Virus record (IMG/VR): IMGVR_UViG_3300047509_000106
Location: 3,405-67,404 of that record
DNA from: a virus
Length of the DNA stretch: 64,000 nt
Strand: one strand, 5' to 3'
Below are positions 37,966 to 47,532 of this stretch, piece by piece. Positions within the stretch are counted from its first letter, which is position 1. Each line of letters starts with the position of its first letter. The position numbers were made by a program, and so were the translations under genes. The notes under the pieces are model-generated. The model did not search any database. It had not been told where the DNA came from and saw only the letters and a list, made by a program, of their open reading frames with translations.

Positions 37966-38883
37966 ATGCGTCCTGTTCTGCCGGGTGAATCGCTGCGGAT
38001 CGCGGAAGCGGTCAACGACACGGCTGCGCTCGCGGAAGACTGCCGGCGGCGGCTTGACGCGATGACTCGCAAGCCAGATGAGCTGATACCGGCGAAGATC
38101 ACGAACGGCGCGACCGCCTTGCACGCCTGGACGGAGCAAGGCATCGCGGCGGATGGAACGCGATACGCGAAGGTTGCGCCGCTCTTCGGCACTGTGAACG
38201 GATTGGACGGGGCCACGGTGACGTACCGGCCGGCGCGGATGCCAGACGGATCGACGCTGACATCGTTTCCTGTTTACGGCTACGTCCGCGACATCGGGCA
38301 CGGCAAAGTAGCATCCACAAACACCGGCCCGAACTACGAAATTATCGGCGCTAGCACATCGACAGGAAGCTCTCTCGTCAGTTACGGCACTCTCAACAGC
38401 ATCAATCCGCTCACGTGGGGGCCTGGATCGCCTGGCGGCGTGAACTACCCGCCGCCATTTGACAGCGCTCACAGCGCTGGCACATTGACATTCCCATCGG
38501 CAGGGAAATACTTCTTTTTCTTCAACAGCTTTTGCACGGCCAATCCATCGACGGGAATTTTCAATCCCAGCGGCGCATGGTCGGTTTACGGCACGTTCGC
38601 CAACTTCTCTAATCTCGGTCTAGTAACGACTGCATTATTTCATCAAGGCGCTGGCGTCGGCGCGCCAAGTTGGGCGGCACTGGCGACCGGCATAGGAGCC
38701 GCGCAGACTCTTAACGCATACATGCCGTTCCCGATCAACTACACCGGGGAAATAACCGTAACGGCGGCGTTCACGATGGACTTCTACGTGTGGCCGGCAG
38801 TCAACGGCACCTTCACCTTCAACACGCAAATCCCCAACAACTCCGCCGTGAATAGCGTTGGGATTTATGGGATCAAATTATGA
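37966..38883 (+). CDS. Putative tail fibre/spike protein
   Basis: Start 6 nt after motif copy 37937-37959; Thr/Gly-rich beta C-terminus. Confidence 0.55.
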   Translation: MRPVLPGESLRIAEAVNDTAALAEDCRRRLDAMTRKPDELIPAKITNGATALHAWTEQGIAADGTRYAKVAPLFGTVNGLDGATVTYRPARMPDGSTLTSFPVYGYVRDIGHGKVASTNTGPNYEIIGASTSTGSSLVSYGTLNSINPLTWGPGSPGGVNYPPPFDSAHSAGTLTFPSAGKYFFFFNSFCTANPSTGIFNPSGAWSVYGTFANFSNLGLVTTALFHQGAGVGAPSWAALATGIGAAQTLNAYMPFPINYTGEITVTAAFTMDFYVWPAVNGTFTFNTQIPNNSAVNSVGIYGIKL

Positions 38884-39260
38884 ATCCGTACTACTACGGT
38901 ACGCCGACGATTGGCAATCCCGTACAGATTTCGACAGCCAACACCAATCGCGATGGCACTGGCACGCTCGGCACGATCTACACGGGAACCACGAATGGAA
39001 CCGTGATCGTATCGGTCAACATCCATTCTCCGGTCACGACGACGGCCGGCATGATCCGTTTTTATATCGCTGACGGAACGCACACCTATCTCTTCGATGA
39101 AGTCCCTGTGACCGCCATAACGGTCTCGGCCTCGGTAGCCGGATTCCAGGCAACTTGGCAGCCTCAAATTCCGCTCGTGCTGCCGAACACCTGGATACTC
39201 AAAGCGAGTACCCACAACGGCGAAGCGTTTAACCTTACTCCGGCAGTGGGGAATTATTAA
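38880..39260 (+). CDS. Virion structural protein
   Basis: ISTANTNRDGTGT...TTAGMIRFYI phage pattern. Confidence 0.55.
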   Translation: MNPYYYGTPTIGNPVQISTANTNRDGTGTLGTIYTGTTNGTVIVSVNIHSPVTTTAGMIRFYIADGTHTYLFDEVPVTAITVSASVAGFQATWQPQIPLVLPNTWILKASTHNGEAFNLTPAVGNY

Positions 39261-39955
39261 TGGCAGGAAGCGGGTTATTTTTCGGCGCACAACCATTGCC
39301 TACATCGGCCGTATGGGGCACGCACGCGCAGCGCCCGACGGCGCATGGTCAGTACCTCAGTTGGATTTATTACGAGACGGATACGGGAGTTACGTTTCTC
39401 TGCACTAAGGAGGCATCATCGACTTACGCATGGACTCAGATCGTTCCGGCAACGATAGGAGTTGAGGTGGTCGTTCTCGATCACATTGCAGATGCCAATA
39501 ACACGGGCACGAGTGAGACAATACTTTACTCGGATGGGCTTAGCGCGGGCCGATTGACGACGAATAAGGATAAGGTATTCGCTAAGTACGGCGGGTCGTT
39601 TTCCGGTGGAGTTTCGGAGACGCAGCAGTTGCGCGTTTATTTCGGTCCGAACGGCAGCAACGCGGATACGTTGATCTTTGATAGTGGCGCGTTGTCGATT
39701 GGTGCTACTCCAATCGGCGGCAGCTCGTGGGCAATGGACATTATTGGTATCCGAGAGTCGTCCAGCATCGTTAGATTCACTTGTACGGTGCTGTCCGGCA
39801 GCTTCTTTTACGACACCGTTTATACAAAAGTCACTGGCCTTACTCTGAGTAACAACCAATTCGTTACACTGACTGGGACGGCGGGGGGAGCATTTGGCGG
39901 CTCGAATCAGATTACCGCTTCGATGGGCACAATATGGTATAAGCCGTCGTCCTAA
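39260..39955 (+). CDS. Putative tail fibre protein
   Basis: GT.AQRP...YYETDTG fibre motif. Confidence 0.55.
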   Translation: MAGSGLFFGAQPLPTSAVWGTHAQRPTAHGQYLSWIYYETDTGVTFLCTKEASSTYAWTQIVPATIGVEVVVLDHIADANNTGTSETILYSDGLSAGRLTTNKDKVFAKYGGSFSGGVSETQQLRVYFGPNGSNADTLIFDSGALSIGATPIGGSSWAMDIIGIRESSSIVRFTCTVLSGSFFYDTVYTKVTGLTLSNNQFVTLTGTAGGAFGGSNQITASMGTIWYKPSS

Positions 39956-40141
39956 TTCCCTTCCGCCCCGCCCGCGTGTCATGCTCCCGCATAGTAGCCC
40001 GACCCCGCGCGGCCCGCGCCGGTGAGCCTGTGAAAGCTGTTGGTGTCATCATCCTGTTCGCCCTGTTCTTCGCTCAGGCGATTTACAACCGCGAGGAACA
40101 ACGACAGGAAGCGGCGATGCGATTGCGGGAGATGAATGAGA

Positions 40142-40549
40142 TCAAGGCGCTCGTGTATTGGGCGGCGGCACGAGCCGACAGTCGGTGATGACGATGTGAA
40201 AATCGTATCCCGGCAGTTCGCGGCGAACGCCGTCGCGAACGCGGCCGGCGCAAATGCCTGAGACCCAAACGAGTTGGCCGGACTCTGGCGGGGCAGCGAA
40301 GTGGCAGACGACGGTAGCGGCAATCGTATCAGCGCCCAAGTGCCAGTGAAGCTCATTACCGCGAGCGACGGCACCAGTGAGTAGCACGGTGATCCGCTGG
40401 CCGGTATAGGCATCGTTGGCGGCTTCGCTTGAGACCGCGAACGATTGTACGAGGTCCGAAGCGCGGACGATGGGCGGTTGGGCCGGTTGTGGGATTGGCT
40501 GATGGCAGGATGCGAACAGGACCACGAAGAGTAAGGCGAGGTAACGCAT
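40142..40549 (-). CDS. OB-fold lipoprotein (tRNA_anti-like)
   Basis: MRYLALLFVVLFASC lipobox-like; ASDLV..F.....AN..Y.GQ.ITV..G pattern. Confidence 0.6.
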   Translation of the reverse strand: MRYLALLFVVLFASCHQPIPQPAQPPIVRASDLVQSFAVSSEAANDAYTGQRITVLLTGAVARGNELHWHLGADTIAATVVCHFAAPPESGQLVWVSGICAGRVRDGVRRELPGYDFHIVITDCRLVPPPNTRAP

Positions 40550-40766
40550 GGCGACTCCTAATCCAGTTCCACAAGGTTCATCGAAACCGCTCGATCTGAC
40601 GCCGTGTACGGTCCCCGTTGGAATGTCATTCGTTCCGATTGGAACGCACAACGGCGACATGCTCTATTGGGACGGGTTCAACTGGCACATTTTGCCGTAT
40701 CCGACGAATCCCAATGGTCAGTATTTGCGAGCGGGACAAGACGGGCCGTTCTGGGCGAACCCGTAG
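40548..40766 (+). CDS. Small fibre-repeat-like protein
   Basis: GDMLYWDG.NW..LP...GQYL....P.W; GAGG RBS. Confidence 0.5.
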   Translation: MATPNPVPQGSSKPLDLTPCTVPVGMSFVPIGTHNGDMLYWDGFNWHILPYPTNPNGQYLRAGQDGPFWANP

Positions 40767-40945
40767 ATACCTTAACAGTCGAAATTTCGAGCACGAAAAC
40801 GTCACCAAACTGCCCAGAATCGAAAAAAAGATGAGGTTTTTATCGCATCAGTATGGAGCACATGCTTTGATCGCCGCCGCTGCCGGGGCCTGTGGATTGG
40901 TGATTTACGAGATAGCGAAGTGGATTTTCGGTTGAGGGCATCGCC

Positions 40946-41284
40946 GTGGGCTGGCCCGAAGTCGCTGCGACCATTGTGCCGGCCCTCGCGACGTTCCTGG
41001 CGCTCCGCGACCGACGCGGCCGGAAGCAATTGCACGAAAGGGTCAAGCAGTTAGAGGAAGCGACCAAGGCCCTGATGGCAGAACTGGAGCGTAAGGATGC
41101 ACTGCTCGAGCGCTGCCACGAGGATAAACGGCTCCGAGACGACACGATCAGCCGCATGGAAAGACAGCGCGACGACGAGCGCGAAGAACTGCGAACGGCG
41201 CAGGCCGATTTGATCGAATCGCAGAAAGAGAATCGGCGGCTGGCGGACGAACTGGATCGAAGGAATCACCGGGGTGGACGATGA
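40946..41284 (+). CDS. N-terminal membrane anchor + coiled coil (holin/spanin-like)
   Basis: Hydrophobic N-terminus, heptads, position after tail genes. Confidence 0.5.
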   Translation: MGWPEVAATIVPALATFLALRDRRGRKQLHERVKQLEEATKALMAELERKDALLERCHEDKRLRDDTISRMERQRDDEREELRTAQADLIESQKENRRLADELDRRNHRGGR

Positions 41285-41835
41285 GCGAGCCAGCCCGTTG
41301 CGACAAGACAGGGAAAGCATGGACGCTCGAAACGCTGCATACGCATTTGGCGGCATTGATTGAGTCTCAGAAGGCGATCATTGACGAGCGAGATCGTCTT
41401 TACAAGGAACGCGACGAATCGCGGCGAACGGCGGTAGACGCGGCGCTGATGGCTCAGAAGGAACAAACGAAGGCATCGTTTGAAGCGTCGGAGAAGGCCA
41501 TCGTCAAAGCGGAAGACGCCCAGCGCGAGTACAACGTGCGGTCGAATGAGTTTCGGGGCCAGTTGGACGACCAGGCCAAAACACTCATGCCGCGGCTTGA
41601 GATGGCGACGACATTCAGGGCCATCGAAGACAAGCTGGAAGTCTACAAGGTAGACACTGACAGCAAGGTAGATCGGTTGCTAAAGGAAATCGGCGTTTTG
41701 CGAGAGAAGCAAAGTCAATGGGTCGGCAAGGAAGCAGGCGGCGACCGCAGTTGGGGCAATGTCGGCGTGATTGCCGGCTTAGTGATCGGTGCGGCCGGCG
41801 TAGCGATGATGGTTCTTGCATTCATGCACAAGTGA
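41281..41835 (+). CDS. Coiled-coil protein with C-terminal TM helix
   Basis: Sequence composition; lysis-region position. Confidence 0.55.
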   Translation: MSEPARCDKTGKAWTLETLHTHLAALIESQKAIIDERDRLYKERDESRRTAVDAALMAQKEQTKASFEASEKAIVKAEDAQREYNVRSNEFRGQLDDQAKTLMPRLEMATTFRAIEDKLEVYKVDTDSKVDRLLKEIGVLREKQSQWVGKEAGGDRSWGNVGVIAGLVIGAAGVAMMVLAFMHK

Positions 41836-41857
41836 CGCCCGTGAAAGTTGGTGCAAC

Positions 41858-42088
41858 GTGAACATCGGACTAGCGGACCTAGTTTGGTACGTCATCTATC
41901 TGCTCATTGCGGCGGTGATAATCGGCCTGCTCTGGTTTCTAATCAACTACATCGAGAAGCAGTTTACCGACCCTGGCTTCCCGGTGATGTTCAAGGTGAT
42001 TCGGGTGATCTTCGTTGTTCTGGTCGTGTTGTTCGCGATTGGACTGCTACTAAGCTTCGCGGGCTTCCCGATCGTGCGTTTTCATTGA
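41858..42088 (+). CDS. Two-TM holin-like membrane protein
   Basis: Two long hydrophobic segments in ~76 aa. Confidence 0.55.
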   Translation: MNIGLADLVWYVIYLLIAAVIIGLLWFLINYIEKQFTDPGFPVMFKVIRVIFVVLVVLFAIGLLLSFAGFPIVRFH

Positions 42089-42098
42089 CGTGTCTTAG

Positions 42099-42602
42099 GT
42101 GCGTGACGTGACAGGCATAGGGCATTTCATCGGCGAGTATACGCTGCACGAGCCGGGCGACGGCGACGGCATCAAGGCCGACGATTTCCTACTCGTCGCG
42201 AACAAGTTAGAACCGTTCGCCTTCGTTGATACCGATGGAAAAGTCATCATCACCATTGACGAGTCGTTCATCACCGACGGCGCGACAACGCCGTGGTTCC
42301 TACAGTCGGTGCCGTGGCTCAGGCGCTACGGGCGGATCAGGCGAGCGGCGTTCTGTCACGATTGGGCTTGGACTTTACACCACCTGGGACGCGAGTTGTT
42401 CGGGTTCTGGAAATCGAACGCGATGTTCTACCGTGCCTGTCGCGTTTGTGGATTGTCGGTCTTTGAAGCCGGTACATGCTGGCTGGCCGTCACCCTGTTT
42501 GGCTGGCCGATGTGGATGGGGAAAGAAAGGTGCCAAGCTAAGGCACGGGCAAAAGTCAATATCGCTGGTGTCGTCATGCGACAGAAAGGCATAGTCAGAT
42601 GA
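42099..42602 (+). CDS. DUF1353-like protein
   Basis: FITDGATTP, RAA..HDW, SNAMFY..C, AV.LFGW. Confidence 0.7.
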   Translation: MRDVTGIGHFIGEYTLHEPGDGDGIKADDFLLVANKLEPFAFVDTDGKVIITIDESFITDGATTPWFLQSVPWLRRYGRIRRAAFCHDWAWTLHHLGRELFGFWKSNAMFYRACRVCGLSVFEAGTCWLAVTLFGWPMWMGKERCQAKARAKVNIAGVVMRQKGIVR

Positions 42603-43831
42603 TCGAAGCACACACGGCTTTCACCGGATTCGCTCGACCGTACTTCCATATTCTCGACACTCATTTCCGCCTGCCGCGGTCGGTGACGATCAGCTACACG
42701 CCGGACCAGCTAGCCGGCCTCTACTCATTCCCGGTCAACGTCAAGGGACCGGACATGACCATCGGCATCATCGAACTTGGCGGCGGCTACAAGCCATCAG
42801 ATATTCAGGCGGCGTTCAGTAATTGGCGTATGCCGATGCCGACTCTCCATGACGTGAGTGTGCAGGGCGGCTCGAACTCGCCGGGCGATCCGGCCGACAT
42901 CGAAGTGATCCTCGACATTGAAATCGCCGCCGCGTGCTACTCCTACTGCACCGACAAAGCGGCCAATGTGCGAGTCTATTTCGCGCCGAACTCGGACGCC
43001 GGCTTCGGTCAAGCAGTGGCGCAAGCGGCGATGGACGGATGTGCCACGATCTCGATAAGCTGGGGATCGGCCGAAGAGAATTGGGGGAAGACAATTTGTA
43101 CTGCGTTCGATGCGATTTGCAAATCGGCGCTGGCAAGTGGTTCAACCGTCTTCGCGGCCTCGGGCGACAACCTAAGCGACGACGGCATGGGCAGCGGCGT
43201 ACACGTCGATTTCCCGGCCGCGTCCCCGCATGTCGTTGGCACTGGCGGCACCGCCAAGATGTCGAACTCCGAAACAGTGTGGAACGAAGGTGGCGGCGGG
43301 ACGGGCGGCGGCTTTTCTACTTTCTTCCCGTCGCAAGTATGGCAGATTGGCGCTCCATCATCGCAAGGCCGGATGGTTCCCGACGTGGCCGGCGATGGGG
43401 CTCCATCAACAGGTTGGAAGGTTTATGCGAACGGTAACTGGATGGTAGTCGGCGGAACATCGTGCGTTGCGCCGATGTACGCCGGCTTATTCGCAGCGCT
43501 GGCTAGTGCAGCCGGAAAGAAGCTCGGGAACGTGCTGCCGATCTTGTGGCAGAATCCAGCGGCTTTTCAGGACATCGTTGCGGGCAACAATGGCAAATGG
43601 AGAGCCACGGCCGGCCCTGACCCATGTACCGGCCTGGGCGTGCCGATCGGGACGGCGCTGCAAACGATATTCGCTGTGCCGCCACCACCGGTGCCTCCTC
43701 CTCCGGTTCCGCCGCCAGTACCTCCGCCAGTTCCGCCGCCCCCGGTTCCACCGCCGACGACATTCGACAAAACAATCAGCGTCCATGTACAGTCGTCTGA
43801 CCCCAACACCAAAGTCACGGTTCATAACTGA
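42599..43831 (+). CDS. S53 (sedolisin/kumamolisin) serine protease, no prodomain, Pro-rich tail
   Basis: IGIIELGGG, EVILDIE (Glu/Asp), SISWG, ASGD, RMVPDVA, GGTS (Ser), DPCTGLG. Confidence 0.9.
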   Translation: MIEAHTAFTGFARPYFHILDTHFRLPRSVTISYTPDQLAGLYSFPVNVKGPDMTIGIIELGGGYKPSDIQAAFSNWRMPMPTLHDVSVQGGSNSPGDPADIEVILDIEIAAACYSYCTDKAANVRVYFAPNSDAGFGQAVAQAAMDGCATISISWGSAEENWGKTICTAFDAICKSALASGSTVFAASGDNLSDDGMGSGVHVDFPAASPHVVGTGGTAKMSNSETVWNEGGGGTGGGFSTFFPSQVWQIGAPSSQGRMVPDVAGDGAPSTGWKVYANGNWMVVGGTSCVAPMYAGLFAALASAAGKKLGNVLPILWQNPAAFQDIVAGNNGKWRATAGPDPCTGLGVPIGTALQTIFAVPPPPVPPPPVPPPVPPPVPPPPVPPPTTFDKTISVHVQSSDPNTKVTVHN

Positions 43832-44045
43832 TGAAGGCTACCGTTCTTCAGCGCAGGGAAGACATAGCCCCTCAAAACGAAGGATGGACCGAGATTGCAG
43901 CGCATGAGGCATTGGGGTTCTATGTGGCTCTTGGAGAGGCTGATGGCGCACAGAGAATCGTTCTGTCGCCAGTAGGAAACACAGAGAAGGCAAACGTGCC
44001 ACTCTATTACCCGGTTGCTGGCTACAGAATTTTACTGACGGTGAA

Positions 44046-44516
44046 TTGATGCAACTCGACACGTTTGAAGTCCTCGTGATTCAGTGGCTTCGCCACATCG
44101 ACCACCGGCTTGAGGTTCTTGACCACAAGATCGGCGGTGGAAGCGATGGTCCGATGCTGCAATTTCTCACGGATCAGTTGCAGAAAAGCTCCAACGAATT
44201 GCAGATCGCACTCGCCCCGTACCTGCCTCAATTGTCGCCCGCTAACTCGAAAGGTATTACCGTGAATCCGATTCTCCAGTCTCTTGCCGATCAGGTGACA
44301 GCCACGACAAGCGCGGAAGCGTCCGCCGTCACGCTTATCAACGGCATCGCCCAGCGCATCGCTGATGCCGTCGCCGCGGCTATTGCTGGCGGAGCTACAG
44401 CCGCACAGTTGCAGCCAGTGACCGACGAAGTAACGGCACTCAAGGCGAGCGCCGATGCCCTGTCAGCGGCAATTGCGGCAAACACGCCAAGCGCTCCGTC
44501 GTTCAAGAAGAAGTAA
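44046..44516 (+). CDS. Coiled-coil phage protein
   Basis: Ala-rich heptads ending AANTP. Confidence 0.5.
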   Translation: MMQLDTFEVLVIQWLRHIDHRLEVLDHKIGGGSDGPMLQFLTDQLQKSSNELQIALAPYLPQLSPANSKGITVNPILQSLADQVTATTSAEASAVTLINGIAQRIADAVAAAIAGGATAAQLQPVTDEVTALKASADALSAAIAANTPSAPSFKKK

Positions 44517-44752
44517 GCCCATCGCCTTCCGTGCCGGTTCGCGAATTGTGGTCATGCGTCGGCTTGTTGCCGGCGATGTTGGAGAGAGGCGAAGCGGACC
44601 GGCACGAAGGGCCGAATGAAACTCTCGGTCCGGTGGGCGAGTTTAAGTGCGTTAGCCCGCGCTGGCTTGTTGCCGAGCGAACCGCTCGCTTTTCAATGCG
44701 GGCGAGCGCCGGACCGGAGATTATCCGGAATTTCTTGTGAAAGGAAACTGAA

Positions 44753-44971
44753 ATGGTAGTCCGTGCAAAAGTTCGCTGCAACCACAAGGGTGCTAGCGAT
44801 GTCAGCTTCAACACTGTCTACGAACCGGACGGGACGAAGAACGACGAGAACGCCCGGTTCACCAAGGCAACGCCGTGGGGCGACATCAAGATGGGAATTG
44901 ACAACCCGGCAGCGTTGGAACAGTTTGAAGTCGGCAAGGAATACTACGTCGATTTCACACCGGCGGGATAG
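44753..44971 (+). CDS. Conserved small hypothetical protein
   Basis: VRAK...EN..F.KATP.G.I.M.IDNP.A..QF..GKEYYVDF; AAGGA RBS. Confidence 0.65.
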   Translation: MVVRAKVRCNHKGASDVSFNTVYEPDGTKNDENARFTKATPWGDIKMGIDNPAALEQFEVGKEYYVDFTPAG

Positions 44972-45099
44972 TTCGCCCGAGATTGTGAGAAGTTCGCCCG
45001 CGTGGTGCGTCACGGGGCCTGCGACAGCCCCGGCCGGTCAGGCCGGTCTATGCCGCCGGCGCTACGACGCACCGTGGCAAACCGGCCGGGGTTTTGACA

Positions 45100-45444
45100 A
45101 TGAGCGAAGCAAACGCCTACTACTTCGGATGCCTTGCGAGAGTAGGCCACTACCTCTACACGCAATCAGGCGAGGTGCTTTGGAAGGACGCGCCGTTTCC
45201 GTTTCCAATCTCAAAACTTGACGGCGGGTTTTTACCCACAGGCGAGCAGGTGGAGGGAATCGTTCATCACGAAATTATCGGCGGATGGACCGTAATCGCG
45301 TTCTATGACCGTTCGGTGGATAGTCGGCTGAACAGCAACAGCGCCTTTGTGATTCGTGGCGAAAAGACGAAAGAGGAAGCAATCGCGGCGGCTCGTTCGC
45401 TGTTCTCCGGCATCTTCGCCCGGTTCCGGTTCGAGGTTTGTTGA
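45100..45444 (+). CDS. Hypothetical phage protein
   Basis: YFGC...GHYL, GWT.IAF.DRSVDSR..SNSAF. Confidence 0.55.
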   Translation: MSEANAYYFGCLARVGHYLYTQSGEVLWKDAPFPFPISKLDGGFLPTGEQVEGIVHHEIIGGWTVIAFYDRSVDSRLNSNSAFVIRGEKTKEEAIAAARSLFSGIFARFRFEVC

Positions 45445-45612
45445 AAGGTAAAGCGTGCGTGCTTTCGCGTGGGCTTTGATGACTGTCCTGAGTCTGTGCG
45501 GACTCGGGTTGTTGCTTTTCGGTTGGCGATACAACGAAACGCTCGCATCCGTTTTCGGAATCGGGCTGTTGGTTGTGGCGCTGGCCGTCAAGCCGAGCAG
45601 GGGAGGTTGATC

Positions 45613-47532
45613 TTGCAACGGCATACCCTAGTCGGCCTGTTGGTATTCGCAGCGATGGCCGCAATTCTGGACGACAAGGCAAGCGCCTTCCCCACGACTG
45701 GCAAGCAACGGCCCGTTTACACAAAAACCATTCAGCATCCCGATGTGGCGCTTCAGTCGATAATCTACCATCTCACGAACGTCGTGCGCGCCGACGACCG
45801 GCCGTTTGTGCGCTACTTCTGGTGGGGGAGCACACCCGATGATCGTCTCGTACACGATGTCACAAACTTCTCCGTCTATCTCAACACGACAAATTCGCAG
45901 GTTCGGATCGTCTTGCCGACGCCGATTTCGGGCACTGACTTTCGCCTTTGGGCGGTCGATATTCGTGATTTGGGTTGGACAGTCAATGCTTTCGCATCTG
46001 TGGCTCATCGTGACCGTGTTTTCACCGAACCGAACGTCGATCATTACCTTGCGGAGAAGGCGCGTCGTCTCATTGGCGTGGCGCAAGATGCTAAGTTTTT
46101 CCACGCTGAAGCTGTCGTCCCCGGCGCATGGTTCACCTGGACGGTGATGAATCCCGGTGAGTCTCAGACGGACAACTACTACGACCTCTTGTATGCCCGC
46201 GAACGATTCGGCGATGACATCATCGGCCCGCAAGTCGATATTCCTACGGCGGTCACGGCCGCGAACGTCCTCACTCCCGAGCCAGTCAAGCCAACGGGCA
46301 AGCCGTGGCCGGGCGGCGTGTGGAAAGACGACGGCAAGTATTACGCGCCTGGCTCGTTCACCTGGATTCCCATTGACGAACTGAAGCAGTGGGAAAAGGA
46401 TCATGCGGCGTGGGAGCAAGCGAAGGCCAACCCGACTGCGCCGCCCGCGAAAGCGCCGGCGATTGTGCTGCCGATTGGGACGCGGTTCGACGGGAAGGCA
46501 AAGAAGAATTTCCCCGAGAACTTGCAACAGTTCCAAGATCGTTGGGGGCGCACTGCAAACCGGGCATTTCTCGATGGTCAGAAGATATTCGTTGACAAGG
46601 GAGCCGTTGTCGCGGGCAGCTACAACAACAAAACGCGAGGTTCTTTTGTCGCTTACAACGACCGCGTGATCCGCATTCAAAACGGCGAGTTCAACAATGG
46701 CGGCGGCAACATGGACACTCAGGACTTCGACCGCACAAGCGGCCGGAAGAATCCTGCCAATCTTCCTCTCGAAACATCGCTGGGCCAATTGCTCGAAGAT
46801 GCTGGCGAAAACCTCTACACGCTGCCGAACGGACTGCAAGCTGCATTGATCCACGGGGCTGCGCCGGAACGCAAGCGCGTTGACCACGCCGACAGCAAGT
46901 TCGTTCACTCTTCGCTCGACCCGCGCGATGTCACGATCTGGGACGGATATAGCTCTTGTTGTCTATGCCATGCTCGTTCTCACGGTGTTCTCGCGCCGTC
47001 GAACAACAGAGTCAACGAAGCGAAGGCAAAGGGGCTACGGCTCAACTTCCTCAACAAGAACGATGAGCTTGTAGTTAATGGATTTTTCAAACTGGAAGAT
47101 TACCGGCTTGAACAGATTCGGATGCCGTTCAAGGAAGCTCTTAAAGAGGCGACGACGCTGACAGAGGCACCGCCCTGGAACGGGACGCAGTGGGCCGAAG
47201 CGACAGTGAACTTCATTTCGTGGTTCAACGACGGAATCGACATCTATCAGGCAAGCGCCGAACTTGGCGTTCCCCCGCTTGTCACTTTGATTGCCTGTGC
47301 TCAACTGCTCGGCAAAGACAATGTTGGGAACTTCGGATCGAAAGCGATCTTTGTCAACTTCCCAATCGGTCGCGCTGAGTGGACGGACGACGTGCAGCCC
47401 GAATTGCAGAACGTGATTGCGTTAATGAGGGACATAGAGAACCCCAACCCGATACTGGCGATTTTCGCGCCCGAGTTGCTTCGCCAGATTCAATACAGCG
47501 GCGTCGGCACAACGGAGAAAAAGAAGAAGTGA
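45613..47532 (+). CDS. Large secreted protein with one c-type haem motif
   Basis: GGAGG + TTG, signal-like N-terminus, SC-CL-CH (CxxCH). Confidence 0.6.
   Translation: MQRHTLVGLLVFAAMAAILDDKASAFPTTGKQRPVYTKTIQHPDVALQSIIYHLTNVVRADDRPFVRYFWWGSTPDDRLVHDVTNFSVYLNTTNSQVRIVLPTPISGTDFRLWAVDIRDLGWTVNAFASVAHRDRVFTEPNVDHYLAEKARRLIGVAQDAKFFHAEAVVPGAWFTWTVMNPGESQTDNYYDLLYARERFGDDIIGPQVDIPTAVTAANVLTPEPVKPTGKPWPGGVWKDDGKYYAPGSFTWIPIDELKQWEKDHAAWEQAKANPTAPPAKAPAIVLPIGTRFDGKAKKNFPENLQQFQDRWGRTANRAFLDGQKIFVDKGAVVAGSYNNKTRGSFVAYNDRVIRIQNGEFNNGGGNMDTQDFDRTSGRKNPANLPLETSLGQLLEDAGENLYTLPNGLQAALIHGAAPERKRVDHADSKFVHSSLDPRDVTIWDGYSSCCLCHARSHGVLAPSNNRVNEAKAKGLRLNFLNKNDELVVNGFFKLEDYRLEQIRMPFKEALKEATTLTEAPPWNGTQWAEATVNFISWFNDGIDIYQASAELGVPPLVTLIACAQLLGKDNVGNFGSKAIFVNFPIGRAEWTDDVQPELQNVIALMRDIENPNPILAIFAPELLRQIQYSGVGTTEKKKK

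Noticed and set aside
44626-44716. tRNA gene (cloverleaf-like fold)
   Set aside because: No canonical TTCRA T-arm geometry, 7-nt anticodon loop or D-loop GG; kept only as a generic structured RNA.
45001-45091. HDV-like/theta ribozyme (also considered for 14010-14053)
   Set aside because: Pseudoknot present, but the P3/L3/P1.1 core spacing and sequence do not match.
45628-46908. 426-aa minus-strand ORF
   Set aside because: Antisense shadow of the 45613 gene in GC-rich DNA, with no motifs; the same applies to most other overlapping ORFs in the track.
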